From Mobula hypostoma (lineage: Eukaryota), in assembly GCF_963921235.1 (NCBI RefSeq), contig NC_086108.1, positions 53,260,001 through 53,324,000 of the forward strand: 64,000 bases of DNA, given 5' to 3'. Under the pieces are notes generated by a model. It was not told where the DNA came from, searched no databases, and was given only the letters and a program-made list of their open reading frames with translations. Below, in pieces: positions 40,490-52,900 of the stretch (position 1 is the first letter of the stretch; each line of letters begins with the position of its first letter). The position numbers and the translations under genes are program-made.

Positions 40490-43400
40490 TCTATAAAAGA
40501 GGGGTACCACCTAGCGGAGCAGTCATTGTGGGAGCAGTCGTCATCAGAGTAGTAAGACTTTGGCTCAACAAGGCTTCAGCGAGAACAGGTGGAGGCAAGG
40601 TAAGTAGGTAAGTTCATTTCTCATTTATTTAAATCTTGAGAGAATAGGGGATATATCTACTGAGCCAGTGTTCTGTTCTGGATGTCAGACGTGGGATTTT
40701 TAGAAGACTTCCAGCCTCCCCGATGTCCACAACTGTACTGGGTGTATCGAGATGCAGCTCCTTAGAGACCATGTTTGGGAACTGGAACTACAGCTCGATG
40801 ACCTTCAGCTTGTGCAGGAAAGTGAAGCAGTGATAGACTGGAGCTACAGGGAGGTAGTCACCCCATGACTACAGGAGACTGATAAATCAGTGACTGTCAG
40901 GAGAGGAAAGGGAGAACGTCAGATAGTGGAGAGCACTCCAAGGGCCGTCCTCCTCAACAATAAGTACTCAATTTTGAGTACTGTTGGTCGGGGGGTGGGG
41001 GGGGGGAATGACCTACCTGTGGAAAGCAACAGTGGCTGCGCTTCTGGCACTGAGTCTGGCTCTGTAGCTTAGAAGGATAAGGAACTGAAGAGTATGGCAG
41101 CAGTAATAGGGGCTCTATAGTCAGGGGGACAGATAGGCGATTCTGTGGATGCGAAAAGGAAATATGCATGGTGGTTTGCTTCCCAGTTTTCTGGACACAT
41201 CCACAACATCCTGTAAAGGGAGGGTGAGCAGCCAGAAGTCGTGGTACATATTGGTACCAATGACATAGATAGAAAAAGGGAGGAGGTCCTGAAAGAAGAA
41301 TACAGGGAGTTAGGAAGGAAGCTGAGAAACAGGACATCAAATGTAGGAATCTCAGGATCGCTGCCTATGCCACACGACAGTGAGGATAGAAATAGAATGA
41401 GGTGGCACATAAATGCATGGCTGAAGAATTGGAGCAGGGGTCAGGGATTCAGATTTCTGGATCTTTGGGACTCTTCTGAGGCAGGTGGGGCCTGTACAAA
41501 AGGGACTGGTTGCACTTGAATCCAAGGGGGACCAATATTGTTGCAGGCAGGTTTACTAGAGTTGTTGGAAGTGGTTTAAACTAATACGGCAGAAGGATGG
41601 GAACCAGTAGGATAGAGCTGAGGATGCACCAGCAGGTTTACAAGTAGTCAAGTAAAGTCAAGTCGCTTTTATTGTCATTTTAACCATAACTGCTGGTACA
41701 GTACACAGTAAAAACGCAACAACGATCCTCCAGGACCATGGTGCTACATGAAACAACACAAAACTACACTAAACTACGTGAAACAACACAAAACTACATC
41801 AGACTTCAGGCCTGCACGGGACTACATAAAAGTGCACAAAACAGTGCAAGACAATACAATAATTAATAAACAAGACATTAGACACAGTAAAGGACAAATT
41901 ACAATATAATAATAAATAATGTAAATGTAAACAATGTTTTAGCAGGAATTAAGAAAGAAATGAGCAAAAATTGCTTAGGGATTGGAGTGATGTTCAATTG
42001 TGTGTGTGTGTGTGTGTGTGTAGGTTGGTGTCAGACTAGACTCTGGACTCTGAGAATTGAGCAGTCTAATGGCTTGGGGGAAGAAACTGTTACACAGTCT
42101 GGTCGTGAGAGCCCAAATGCTTTGGTACCTTTTGCCAGATGGCAGGAGGGAGAAGAGGGAGTAGATAATGGCCGTAACATGAAGGTAATGAAAGTCAAGC
42201 CAATGTTTGGGTACAAATGCAGACACAGCAATGAGTTAAATTGTACCACAGAGGCAAAATTCAAAAGGACAAAGAATGCAGGACTGAAGGTGCTGTATTT
42301 AAATGTGTGTAGCATTCATAACAAGGCTGACAAACTCATGGTGTAATTAAAGATTGGTCGGTATGGACGTTGTGGGCATCTCTTTCTTGTGGTTGAAAGA
42401 AGGCCATAGTTGGGAGTTTAACATCAAAGGATACACTTTGTATCAAAATGACAGGCAGGAAGGCATAGATGGTGGTGGTGTGGCTCTATTGGTAAGAGAT
42501 GGAATTACATCTTTAGAAAGAGGTGACATGAGGTCAGAGAATGTTGAATCTTCGTGAGTGGAGTTACGAAACTGCAAGGGTAGAAAATAAATTATGGGAA
42601 TCATATATAGGCCTCCAAATAGTAGCCGAGATGTGGGGTTGAGATTGCAAAGGGTGCTGGAAAAGGCATGTAACAAAGATGATGACACAATTGTAATGGA
42701 GGACTTCAATATGCAAAGGGATTGGGAGAATCAGGTTGGTGTCAGATCGCAATAGAGGGAAATTGTTGAATGCCTATGAGATGGCTTTTTAGAGCAGCTT
42801 GTGCTTGAGCATACTCGGGGAAGGGCTACTTTAGAATGAGTGTTGTGTAATAATCCAGATTTTATTAGGGAATTTAATGTAAAAGAACTCTTAGGAGGCA
42901 GTGATCATAATATGATTGAATTCATATTGCAATTAGAAAGGAAGAAGCATAAGTCACATGTATCAGTTTCGCAATGGAATAAAAGGAATTACAGAGGCTT
43001 GAGAGAGGAGCTTGCCCAGGTGGATTGGGGAAGGATACTGGCGGGGATGATGGCAGAGCAGAGGTGGCTGAAGTTTCTGGGAATAGTTCACAAGGCGCAG
43101 GACGGATATGTCCCACAGCAGCTTTTAAAATCCAGCAAAAGGCAACTAAAGAAGCTATAAGAAGGAAAAAGGTGCAATATGAGGGCAAACCAGCCAATAA
43201 TATAAATAAGGATACCAAAAGTTTATTCAGTTACATCGTGGTGAGAGTTGATATTGGACCACTAGAAAATGATGCTGGTAAGGTAGTAATGGGGGACAAA
43301 GAAATGGCAGATGAACTTAACAGGTACTTTGCATTTGCCTTCACTGTGGAAGACACTAGCAGTGTGCCAGAGGCCCTTGAGTGGCAGGGACCAGGAGTGA

Positions 43401-44373
43401 GTGCTATTGCTATTACAAAGGAAAAAGTACTAGGAAAACTCAAAGGTCTTACGGTGGATAAGTCACCTGGACCAGATGGACTACATCCCAGAATCCTGAG
43501 AGAGATTGCTGAAGAGATAGCAGATGCATTGGTTATGAACTTTCAAGAACCACTTGATTCTGGCATGGTCCCAGAGGACTGGAAAATTGCAAATATCACT
43601 CCACTGTTTAAGAAGGGAGGAAGGCAAAAGAAAGGTAATTATAGGCCAGGATACTTGGAGACTAATGACAAAATAAGTCAAAGCCGACATGGTTTCTGTG
43701 AAGGGAAATCTTGCCTGACAAACTGTTAGTATTCTTTGAGGAAGTAACAAGCAGGGTGGACAAAGGAGAGGCAGTGGATGTCATTTACTTGGATTTTCAG
43801 AAGGCACTTGATAAGATGCCACACATGAGGTTGTTTAACAAGATAAAATCCTATGGCATTACAGGAAAGATACTGGTATGGATAGAGGAATGGCTGATAG
43901 GCAGGAGGCAGTGTGGGAATAAAAGGGGCCTTTTCTGTTTGGCTGCAGGTGACCAGTGGTGTTCCTCAGGGGTCAGTATTGAGACCACTGGAATTTAGAA
44001 GAATAAGTGGGGATCTCATTGAAACCTACAGAATGTTGAAAGGACTAAATAGGGTGAATGTGGAGAGGATGTTTCCTATGGTGTGAGACACAGCCTCAAA
44101 ATTGAAGGGTGATCTTTTAGAACAGAGGTAAGGAAGAATTTTTTTTTAGCCAAAGAGTAGTGAATCTGTGGAATGCTCTGCCACAGACTGCGGTGGAGGA
44201 GTAGTCCGTTATATCAGAAGTTGATCATTTCCTGATCGGTCAGGGCATCAAAGGATATGGCGAGAAGGCAGGTGTATGGATTTGAGTGGGACTTGGGATC
44301 AGCCATGACGGAATGGCAGAGCACTTGATGGGCTGAATGGCCTAATTCTGCTCCTGTGTCTTATGGTCTTATG
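40490..44373 (+). mobile_element. Old CR1 LINE with 5' UTR, ORF1 (Cys motif + esterase) and deleted/degenerate ORF2
   Basis: HIGTNDI, LYLNVCSI, DKSPGPDGLHP and DFQKA fragments; ttatggtcttatg tail. Confidence 0.88.
41648..42160 (-). mobile_element. Rex1/Babar-like 3' fragment nested in CR1, with a (TG)n microsatellite at ~41998-42021
   Basis: LFSLLPSGKRYQSI.ALTTRLCNSFFPQAIRLLN; (TTGAC)n-like tail; agtag on both flanks. Confidence 0.8.
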
Positions 44374-46891
44374 AAGAACTCCAAAGTCCATATTGATCTG
44401 GTGGCTTTCTCAGTGACAGTGCCAAGTCATTCTGACCCCAAAAGAGAATAGATGTGAAAGACAGTCATTTATTTGGGTTGTTTTTCTCTGGGAGATGTTT
44501 CAAATGCAAAGAAATTCATTAGCTGGCAAAAGAAGACTCTAGCAGGAAAAAGCTGTTGAACACCACAGCCTCCTGCATTGCATGTAACAACTCCTAAGTT
44601 TGTATAGAGGAAGTGTGTTCTATTAACCCTAAATCAGATTAGGGAAAACACTTGAATTACCAAGGGAGATAAGATTACAGCCCCGACATTGGCAAATGGG
44701 ATTGGTCTAGATAGGTACAAGGATGGTGTGGATTTGGTGGGCTGAAGGGCATATTTACCGTGCTTGATGGCTATGACTTTAAATGTTGCATGAATTAAGA
44801 TTCAGGTTCCTGGTTGTTTCACCAATCAAAGGAACCAGTTTTACCAATAAACTCAAGAAATCAGCCAGTTTGAATCCAAAATAAACAAATGATTTGGGAT
44901 CATAAGAAAAAATTCCAATTTTTGATTGCATCTTCCAAACCAGAAGAAGGGGTCATTATCCTGCAATGATCAACAAATGGGACCTTATAAGTTCAACTTA
45001 AGCACTAAAATGAAGAAAAGAGGGAATGAATCCAGACAAGAGAAAAAGATGGCTGGCTAGATTTAGCAGTTATTAAAAAAAATGGGCACAGATAGATTGA
45101 CTAAAGGTTCTAAGTTGGTAAAGGCAATTTTACTAAATTGGTTTAGAAAATAATAGACTAAAACAGCTGCTGGAAGGCTAATCATTGTCAGGGCTGTGGG
45201 AGGCTTTCAATGAGAAGATGTTGAGACTCACAACAAACAAGTAATCATGAGAAGAATTTCCAGTTCTAGCTGCCCATGGGTAGTACGAGACAGGGTAAAG
45301 TATAAGACAGACAATGAGCACGGTGCTGCAGTACATTTGAAAGTACAGGGGTGAAACTGAAAAGTTAGGAATATAAAGAGGTGAATGAAAAAATAATGGT
45401 AGAAAGAATCAAGGCATACCCTGATACGTTCTCTACATACATGAAGGGAAAGAATATGTTATTTTTTTACAGTATACCGCAACTGCAGTTCAAGTGTGGA
45501 TGCAAATGATGCTTCAAGGTGCCAATAAAAGATTTACCTTCATAAAGTAAGGTAGAATACGAAAAAGTTGGACTGTTAAGCAGGGGCAACTTTGACTTTG
45601 CCAGGTCTAGAACGTTATAGTAATAAGAGAATGAATATTTTTCCTTTGGAACAAAGAGTAAGGGGAAATGTAATTAAGGAGTGTAAAACAGAAAGGACCT
45701 ATTTCCCATCAGTAGAGTACTTAGTAACTCAAGGATTAAGATGCAAATTAGTAGAGGGCTAAGGAAAAAAACTGTATCACACAGTAAATTTTGGGGAACT
45801 GGATATCATATCTGAACAGGTGGTGGAAGCAGAAATCATCTCCAGCCCTGGAAACATCCTCATAAATCTCCCCTGCACCTTGTGTCGTGCCATTACATCC
45901 TTCCCTTAATGTGATAAACATAACCATGCATAGCATTCTAGCTATGGCATAAATAACTTTTGTTAAGTTTGAGCACGGCCTCCCATTCTTGTATTTGATG
46001 CATGGATGAATATGAGAAAACCATGAGGATGTGGACAAGGCTATAGACAAAGAACTTGGAACTGAGATAAAGCTAAAGTTTATGTTTGGCCTGCATAGAA
46101 ATGAGCAAAATGATCTTCTTTTGTGCAATTAGTTTCTATGATTCTAGTAGATACTTGTGCAAGTAGATGATAAAAATTATTGTTTTAACATAAGATAAGC
46201 AGAATTCCAGTTGTCAGGGGAGTACTAGACTGGACTTGTGGAAAGCACAAAATGAAGCAATCCTATTCTAGGTGACTATGGAATCAATACTTTTGAAATA
46301 CACTATAGATTCAGATACGATCAAAGATAGGGATACTTGGATTGAGTGCACCTCAGAGTAAAAGAACCTTATTTTGTAACAGATGGGTGTACTAAACCTG
46401 AACAGTCAGGGGGTTCTCAGCATACAATGTATGTGAGATCATCAGGAAAGGGAAAATGGTTCAGCTAGATCTCGTAGCATCTGTGGAAAGAGAATGTTAA
46501 CATTTTAGGTTGAAAACCCTTTGTCAGTTTTGAAACATTAACTCAGTTTTGTTTTCTCTTTATTAGATTTCCAGCATCTGCAGTTTTGATTTCTGAAGAA
46601 TGTTTCACTTCAATCTGAATGATAGTTAGAGAAGATGTTTCAAATGTTGATCCCAATTGACACCTCTTTTAACAAATAACATTGATATTTTAACTTAACT
46701 ATTGAGTATAAGGTTATTTCAGGAGTATCCCTTTGGAGACAGTACACATGAAATTCAGTTTAATGTACAGCACTTTAACAAATGACAATTTTAAGAAAAA
46801 AGATTATTAATGCATCACGAAGGACAGCTATGCAGCTTTGAAAGATACAGTGAAAAAATGTATTAAAAAGTGAATTCAAAGATTTACACTT

Positions 46892-46941
46892 TCATCTCTC
46901 CTGAACTTTAGCAGTTCTTTTGCTTCTTTCAACTTGTGCCA
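46892..46941 (-). CDS. ITGB3BP: ITGB3BP coding exon 7 with stop (MAQVERSKRTAKVQER*)
   Basis: tttttgttgcag|TG GCA CAA GTT...AGA TGA; phase 1 completes ATG. Confidence 0.72.
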
Positions 46942-49900
46942 CTGCAACAAAAACAATAATGTACCATCATAATCTGCACTGGAACTTCACACATTTTCAG
47001 TGAGAATTAGCATTGAATACAGGGTTGATTTAGCCGATGCCTGTGAAATCATGCCTCAAGTGACCAATGGCACTCCAGATATTTCAATCATGGTAAGTGG
47101 AAAAAAAATCCAATCTATGGGTGCCCATTGGTACCAATCCCAATTTAATCTTCACTTAACCTTTATGGATAATCTCTCTAGATCAGTCAAGGTCAGCAGT
47201 ATCTTATTTTTCTCCTTTATCCAGAATATGCAAAATGAAATGTATCATTTTAACAATTCTTTGCTCCAAATTAATTCATTTGGAGCAAGTGTATATATCA
47301 TTGAATCATTCTAGAAACATAGAAAACCTACAGCACAATACAGGCCCTTCGGCCCACAAAGTTGTGCCGAACATATCCCTACTCAAAAGTCTCTTAAAAG
47401 ACCCTATCGTATCTGCCTCCACCCCCGTTGCTGGCAGCCCATTCCACACACTCACCACTCTCTGCCTAAAAAAACTTACCCCTGACGACATCTCTGTACC
47501 TACTCCCAAGCACCTTAAACCTGTGCCCTCTTGTGGCAGCCACTTCAGCCCTGGGAAAAAGCCTCTGACTATCCACACGATCAATGCCTCTCATCATCTT
47601 ATACACCTCTATCAGGTCACCTCTCATCCTCTGTCGCTTCAAGCAGAAAAGGCCAAGTTCACTCAACCTATTTTCATAAGGCATGCTCCCCAATCCAGGC
47701 AACATTCTTGTAAATCTCCTCTGCACACTTTCTATGGTTTCCACATCCTTCCTGTAGTGAGGCGATCAGAACTGAGCACAGTACTCCAAGGGGGGTCTGA
47801 CCAGGGTCCTATATAGCTGCAACATTACCTCTTGGCTCCTAAATTCAATTCCACTAAACTGTTTTTTTTTGCTATCCATCCATACCTCTCTAGTTTAGGA
47901 ATCATTTCCCTAGGCTTGATATTTTGAACCACTTGTCCATACTTATTTAGAAAATAGTACGAAGATACTCTCTCATCTTTACTCCCACTATAAGCCCTTA
48001 CATTGTGATTTGAAGCCTAACCACGAATGTTAGTGAAATCAATAAAACAAGATTATATGCAGAAATGGTCAGTCCTGTGCCACTGCACCAATCTACACTC
48101 TGACTTACTACTATTACAATATCTAGTGCAATTAGTAACTTATTTTCAAAAATAATCTGAAAAAAGAGACTTTAATTGTATTATGTATAAGGCAATATCT
48201 GTGCACACAATGGCTACGTTTTTTTTTCATCTGTCCCCAATTCAGTTGCAAGCTACATCATTCCCATTCCCTGACATTAAATATTTGTCAACAAATACAA
48301 GTAGTACTAGTTATCCTACAGTTAACACAGGATTCTGAAAATTGGAAAACAAAACTCTGATACTTACTAAGTTCCCTGTTTCTGCGGAGCTCAGTGGCTA
48401 AGTCACCTGACTTGTTCCAGGCACCAATGATATACCCAAACTCTTTAGTGTTCTCTAAAGCCTGAAATAATAGCAAGTGACAAGCTTGTTGCATAATAAA
48501 CAAAACCTATAAATAACATGGGGACATATTTTAAAAAACTACATAACTTTGTATCAACAAACTCCTTCAGCAATGTCTATTATTGCTCTTGCTTGGTTTA
48601 TAACTCTACACGAGTTGACATAGAGATTTGTCACCCCTCAAAAGACTGCACACAGATACTGACCTTGAATCATAAAGTGCAGTATTCTGAATTTACTTAG
48701 AGGATTCCTGTATGTGTTGGGGGAGGGATGTTTAAAGGAAATGGGCAGGATAAGTTATGGGTGGGGTAAAAAGTTGTGGGTGCCTAGGGGTGGTGGTGGA
48801 AGCAGGCAGAATGGAAGAATTTAGACAGGCACATGAATGTGCAGGGATTGGAGGGATATGTATCATGTGCACACAGATGGGATTAGTTTAATTTAGCATG
48901 ATGGTCAAAACAGATTTCATGGGTTGAAGAATTATTCCTGTGCTGTATTGTTGTATATTTTATGGTTCTGATTTACTTCTTAAATCAATAATAAACTATC
49001 AGGAGACATAATTCACACACAGGGAACAAAATCAGCTTATAGTAACAATAGGCATATCCAAAAGTTGCATTTCAGGAACCACACAATTGCTCTTATCTTC
49101 AGCTGGGCCACTAAATAATTCTAAGAGATTAAAGGTTTTTGTCAAAACGGAACTAAGAATCAATCTGACTGTATCTGCATATACATAAGAAATGGGTTGT
49201 GCAATTCTGGCAAAAATTGAAGGTGAGAAATTGAGATTGTTTACAGTGTGTTTGTTGCTCCAAAAAAGTTGTTTTTTCACAGTTCTGATATTTTTGTAAG
49301 ACCTGTGAAATTTCCGACAGATAAAGGTCTCTGAAAGACAAAAGTACTGCCGATCAAGTTGTGTATTGTAGAATTCATTGGCTATAACAGCTAATTTGAT
49401 TATGAATGATTGTCAATTCTGCTCCAAGAGCAAGTAGTGAAGAAACATGCAGAGAAATACGGCAACATTTTAAACGCGCTATTCATTATTTTTAATCATA
49501 TAATCCATACTAACCTTCAAAGCACTCAGTTTATCTCTGATTGACTGGATAACCAAGACAGACTTCTCCACCTTTGACCTTAATATATTTAATCTATATT
49601 AAAGGAAACTATCCCAATTAGAACATGTATAAGACATCAGTACCTAGCAAATGATGTATATTTATAATCCTTTTTGAGGAAAGACTTGGAAAAATTTTTG
49701 AAAAGGAAGAATATACAAATGTGCAGGGAAAGATATGAAAGGGATTATAGTGAACAGCTCTAGTTATCACTTGACATCATGTCCGTAAACTGTATCATCT
49801 GTAATTTTTATAAATAGCGGATTTGAAATCTTGTACATGTAATCACCACTTTTAGTTTGTTACACTTTGGCTGTTCTTTTCAGTGTATTCTAATGCTCTG

Positions 49901-52900
49901 AGTGATAACATAAACACATTCCTATTACATATCATCTTATAAGTATATTTAGGTGGTAAATTAATTTTCCCCAGAGTGTCGGATTGCTAAGCATAGCCCT
50001 TCTTCCACTTAGCAACAGGAGGCTTCCTGTTGATTCAGTGACTCACTCTTTCTGGTCTGAATTCAGCTGCCCTCTTGTGGATACCGTTGTCTTCTCTGTC
50101 TGCAACTCTGGAGCACCTATAGGACAACAGAAAATGCAAAAATTTCAAATTGATCTTTGGAAAGTACTGTTGAATACACAATAATCCAATTTCCCAAATG
50201 TTCTTCTTGTTTGATTGACACATCTTTTGTGAAAAGGAAGAATGAGTAAATGACATGACCCTACGATCTGGCCAATGCTCCTCTGAAATTGCCTTTGGTA
50301 AATGCTCAAGACACGATTAGTATCCAGTTTTTTCTGCACCCAAACAATTGAACATTTGGTTTAAAATCAGTTTGCCTGTTTGTGCTGGAAATAGTGCAGA
50401 GTATAATCAGAGTCAAAATCAGGTTTAATATCACTGGCATATGTCATAAAATTTTTTTTGAGGCAGCAGAACATTACGAAACATAATAATAAAAACTACA
50501 TGCTATAATCTATATATATATAAATTAAAGTGCAAAAAGAGAAGGAAAAATACTGAGGCAGTGTTCATGGGTTCACTGTCCATTGAGAAATCTGATGGCG
50601 GAGGGGAAGAAACTGTTGAGTGTGTGTCTTCAGGCTCCTGTATCTCCTCCTTGACGGTAGCAGTGGGAAGAGGGCATGTCCTTGGTGATGGGGGTCCTTA
50701 ATGATGCTATTGCCACCTTTCTGAAGCATCACCTTTCAAAAGTTTCCTGGATGCTGGAGAGATTAGAGCCCACAATGGAGCTGGCTAAGTTTACAACTTT
50801 CTGCAGCTTTTTCCAATTCTGTAAAATGGCCCCTCCATATCAAATGATGATAAAACATCAGTACATCTGCAGAAATTTGCAAGTATCTTTGGTGACATAC
50901 CAATTTTCTTCAAACTAATGAAACACAACCGCTGCCTTGCCTTCTTTGTAGTTCCATCAATATGTTAGGGCCAGGAACCTGAAACTGCTCAGCCTTTCCA
51001 CTGCTAATCCCTCGATGAGGACTGGTGTGTGATGCCTTGACTTCCCTTCCTAAAGTCCGCAGTCAATTCCTTGGTCTTACTGACATTGGGTGCAAGGTTG
51101 CTGTTGCAACACCCTCAACCAGATGATTTATCTCACTCCTGTGTACCTCACCGCACCTGTCAGAGTGCAACTTCAGGTCAGCGTATTCAAAAGAACCTTG
51201 AAAAGAAAAAATAAGAGATATCAAAGACAGAAATAGAGCTGTTTCCGAAGATGCAAAGGAGTCGCTGTTTAGTGCCATCTTGACTTTGCTCCACCCTCCT
51301 CATAGACTGAGGTGATCCAAAGCCGAGTGGAGAACTAGCGTGAATGCATCTGCTGTAAACCTATTGTGGCGATATGTCAAGGTCCTTGCTTAGGCAGGAG
51401 TTGATTCTAGCCAATGTCTCAAAGCACTTCATTACAGTAGATGTGAGTGCTACTAGGCAAGTTGTTGAGGCAGTTCTTCTCGGACATAGGTCTATTTATT
51501 GCCCTCTTAAAGCAGGTGGGAACCTCCAACTGCAGCACTGAGAGACTGACGATGTCCTTGAACACTCCCACCAGTTGGATGGCACAAGTTTTCAGAGCCC
51601 TGACGCCTTGCAAAGGTTCACCCTCTTGAAAGACGTTCTTACATCAGCCTCTGTGATACAGATCTCAGGGTTACTAGATGCTGCAGGGACTCACACAGAA
51701 GCAGTTTTATTCTCCCTTTCAAAGCAGGTATAAAATGCATTGAGCTCATTGAAGAGTGAAGCATTACAGCCATTCATGATGTTAGATTTCACTTCGTAAG
51801 AAGTAATGGGATGCAAACCTTGCCAGAGTTGATGTGCATCCGATTCTGTCTCTAACCTCAATCAGAATGTTTTTTTTGCCCTTAAAATAGCTCTCTGTAG
51901 GTCGTACCTGGACTTATTGTATAGTTCTGGATCACTGATCTTGAATTCCACAGATGTTGCCCTCAGCAGACTGCGAATCTCCTGGTTCATCCACGGCTTT
52001 TAGGTATGTGTGGTATATTCTTGAAGGCACACATTCACCCACACAGGTCTTAATGAAGTCAGTGACAACTGTGGCGTATTAATTCAGACTCGAAAATGAA
52101 TCTATGAATATTGCCCAGTTCACCAAATTAAAGCAGTCCTGTTAAGCACTCCTCCATCTCCTTTGACCATACCTTCTTGGTCCTCACTACTAGTGCTGTG
52201 GGCTTTAGTGTCTCCCTACACACTGGGAGTAGAAGTACAGTCAAGTGATCAGACTTTTCTAAGTGCAGGCATCGGATGGTACAGTAACCGTTCTTGATCG
52301 TGATATCACAGTGGTCATGTATTGACTCCTCTGGTTCCACGGGTGTTATGTTGGTGGTGGTTTTTCACAGACTTCTTCAAGCTGGCCTGGCTGAAATCCC
52401 CCCACGATGTTAGGGAAGGCATCAGGGTCCGTTATTTCGTGGCTGCTGATTATGTTGCTCAGCTCCTCCAGCGCCTGCCTGAAATTGACCTGAGGTGGAA
52501 TGTACACCACTACCAGATAAAACAGACAACATTTGACCACTAGATATTTCAGGTTGGGTGAGCAGGACTGAGACAAAATTAGCACGTTTATGCACCACAA
52601 TGAGTTAATCAAAAAGCAAACTCCACCTCCTCTATCTTTAAAAGACAGAGCTGTCCTGTCTTTGTGGAGAATGATGAAGACATTGGGCTGCAGCACTGCA
52701 TCCAAAATTGTGGGTGTGAGCCAGATTTCTGTAAAGCAGAGGACACAGCAATCTCTGATGTCCCTGTGGTATAGCAATCTCCAGTTTTATTTTCCAGAGA
52801 CTGTAGATTTATCAGTAGGATAGTCGGGAGTGGAAGTCTAAAGCCACTGCATTTCAACTGTACCTGTGGACCAGTGCAACATCCTCACTTCCATTTTCTT

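Noticed and set aside
49032..49341. Exon-like acceptor (tctttcag|AGACC) and two ORFs in ITGB3BP intron 5
   Set aside because: No convincing donor, no CENP-R similarity, and the flanking exons join in phase without it.
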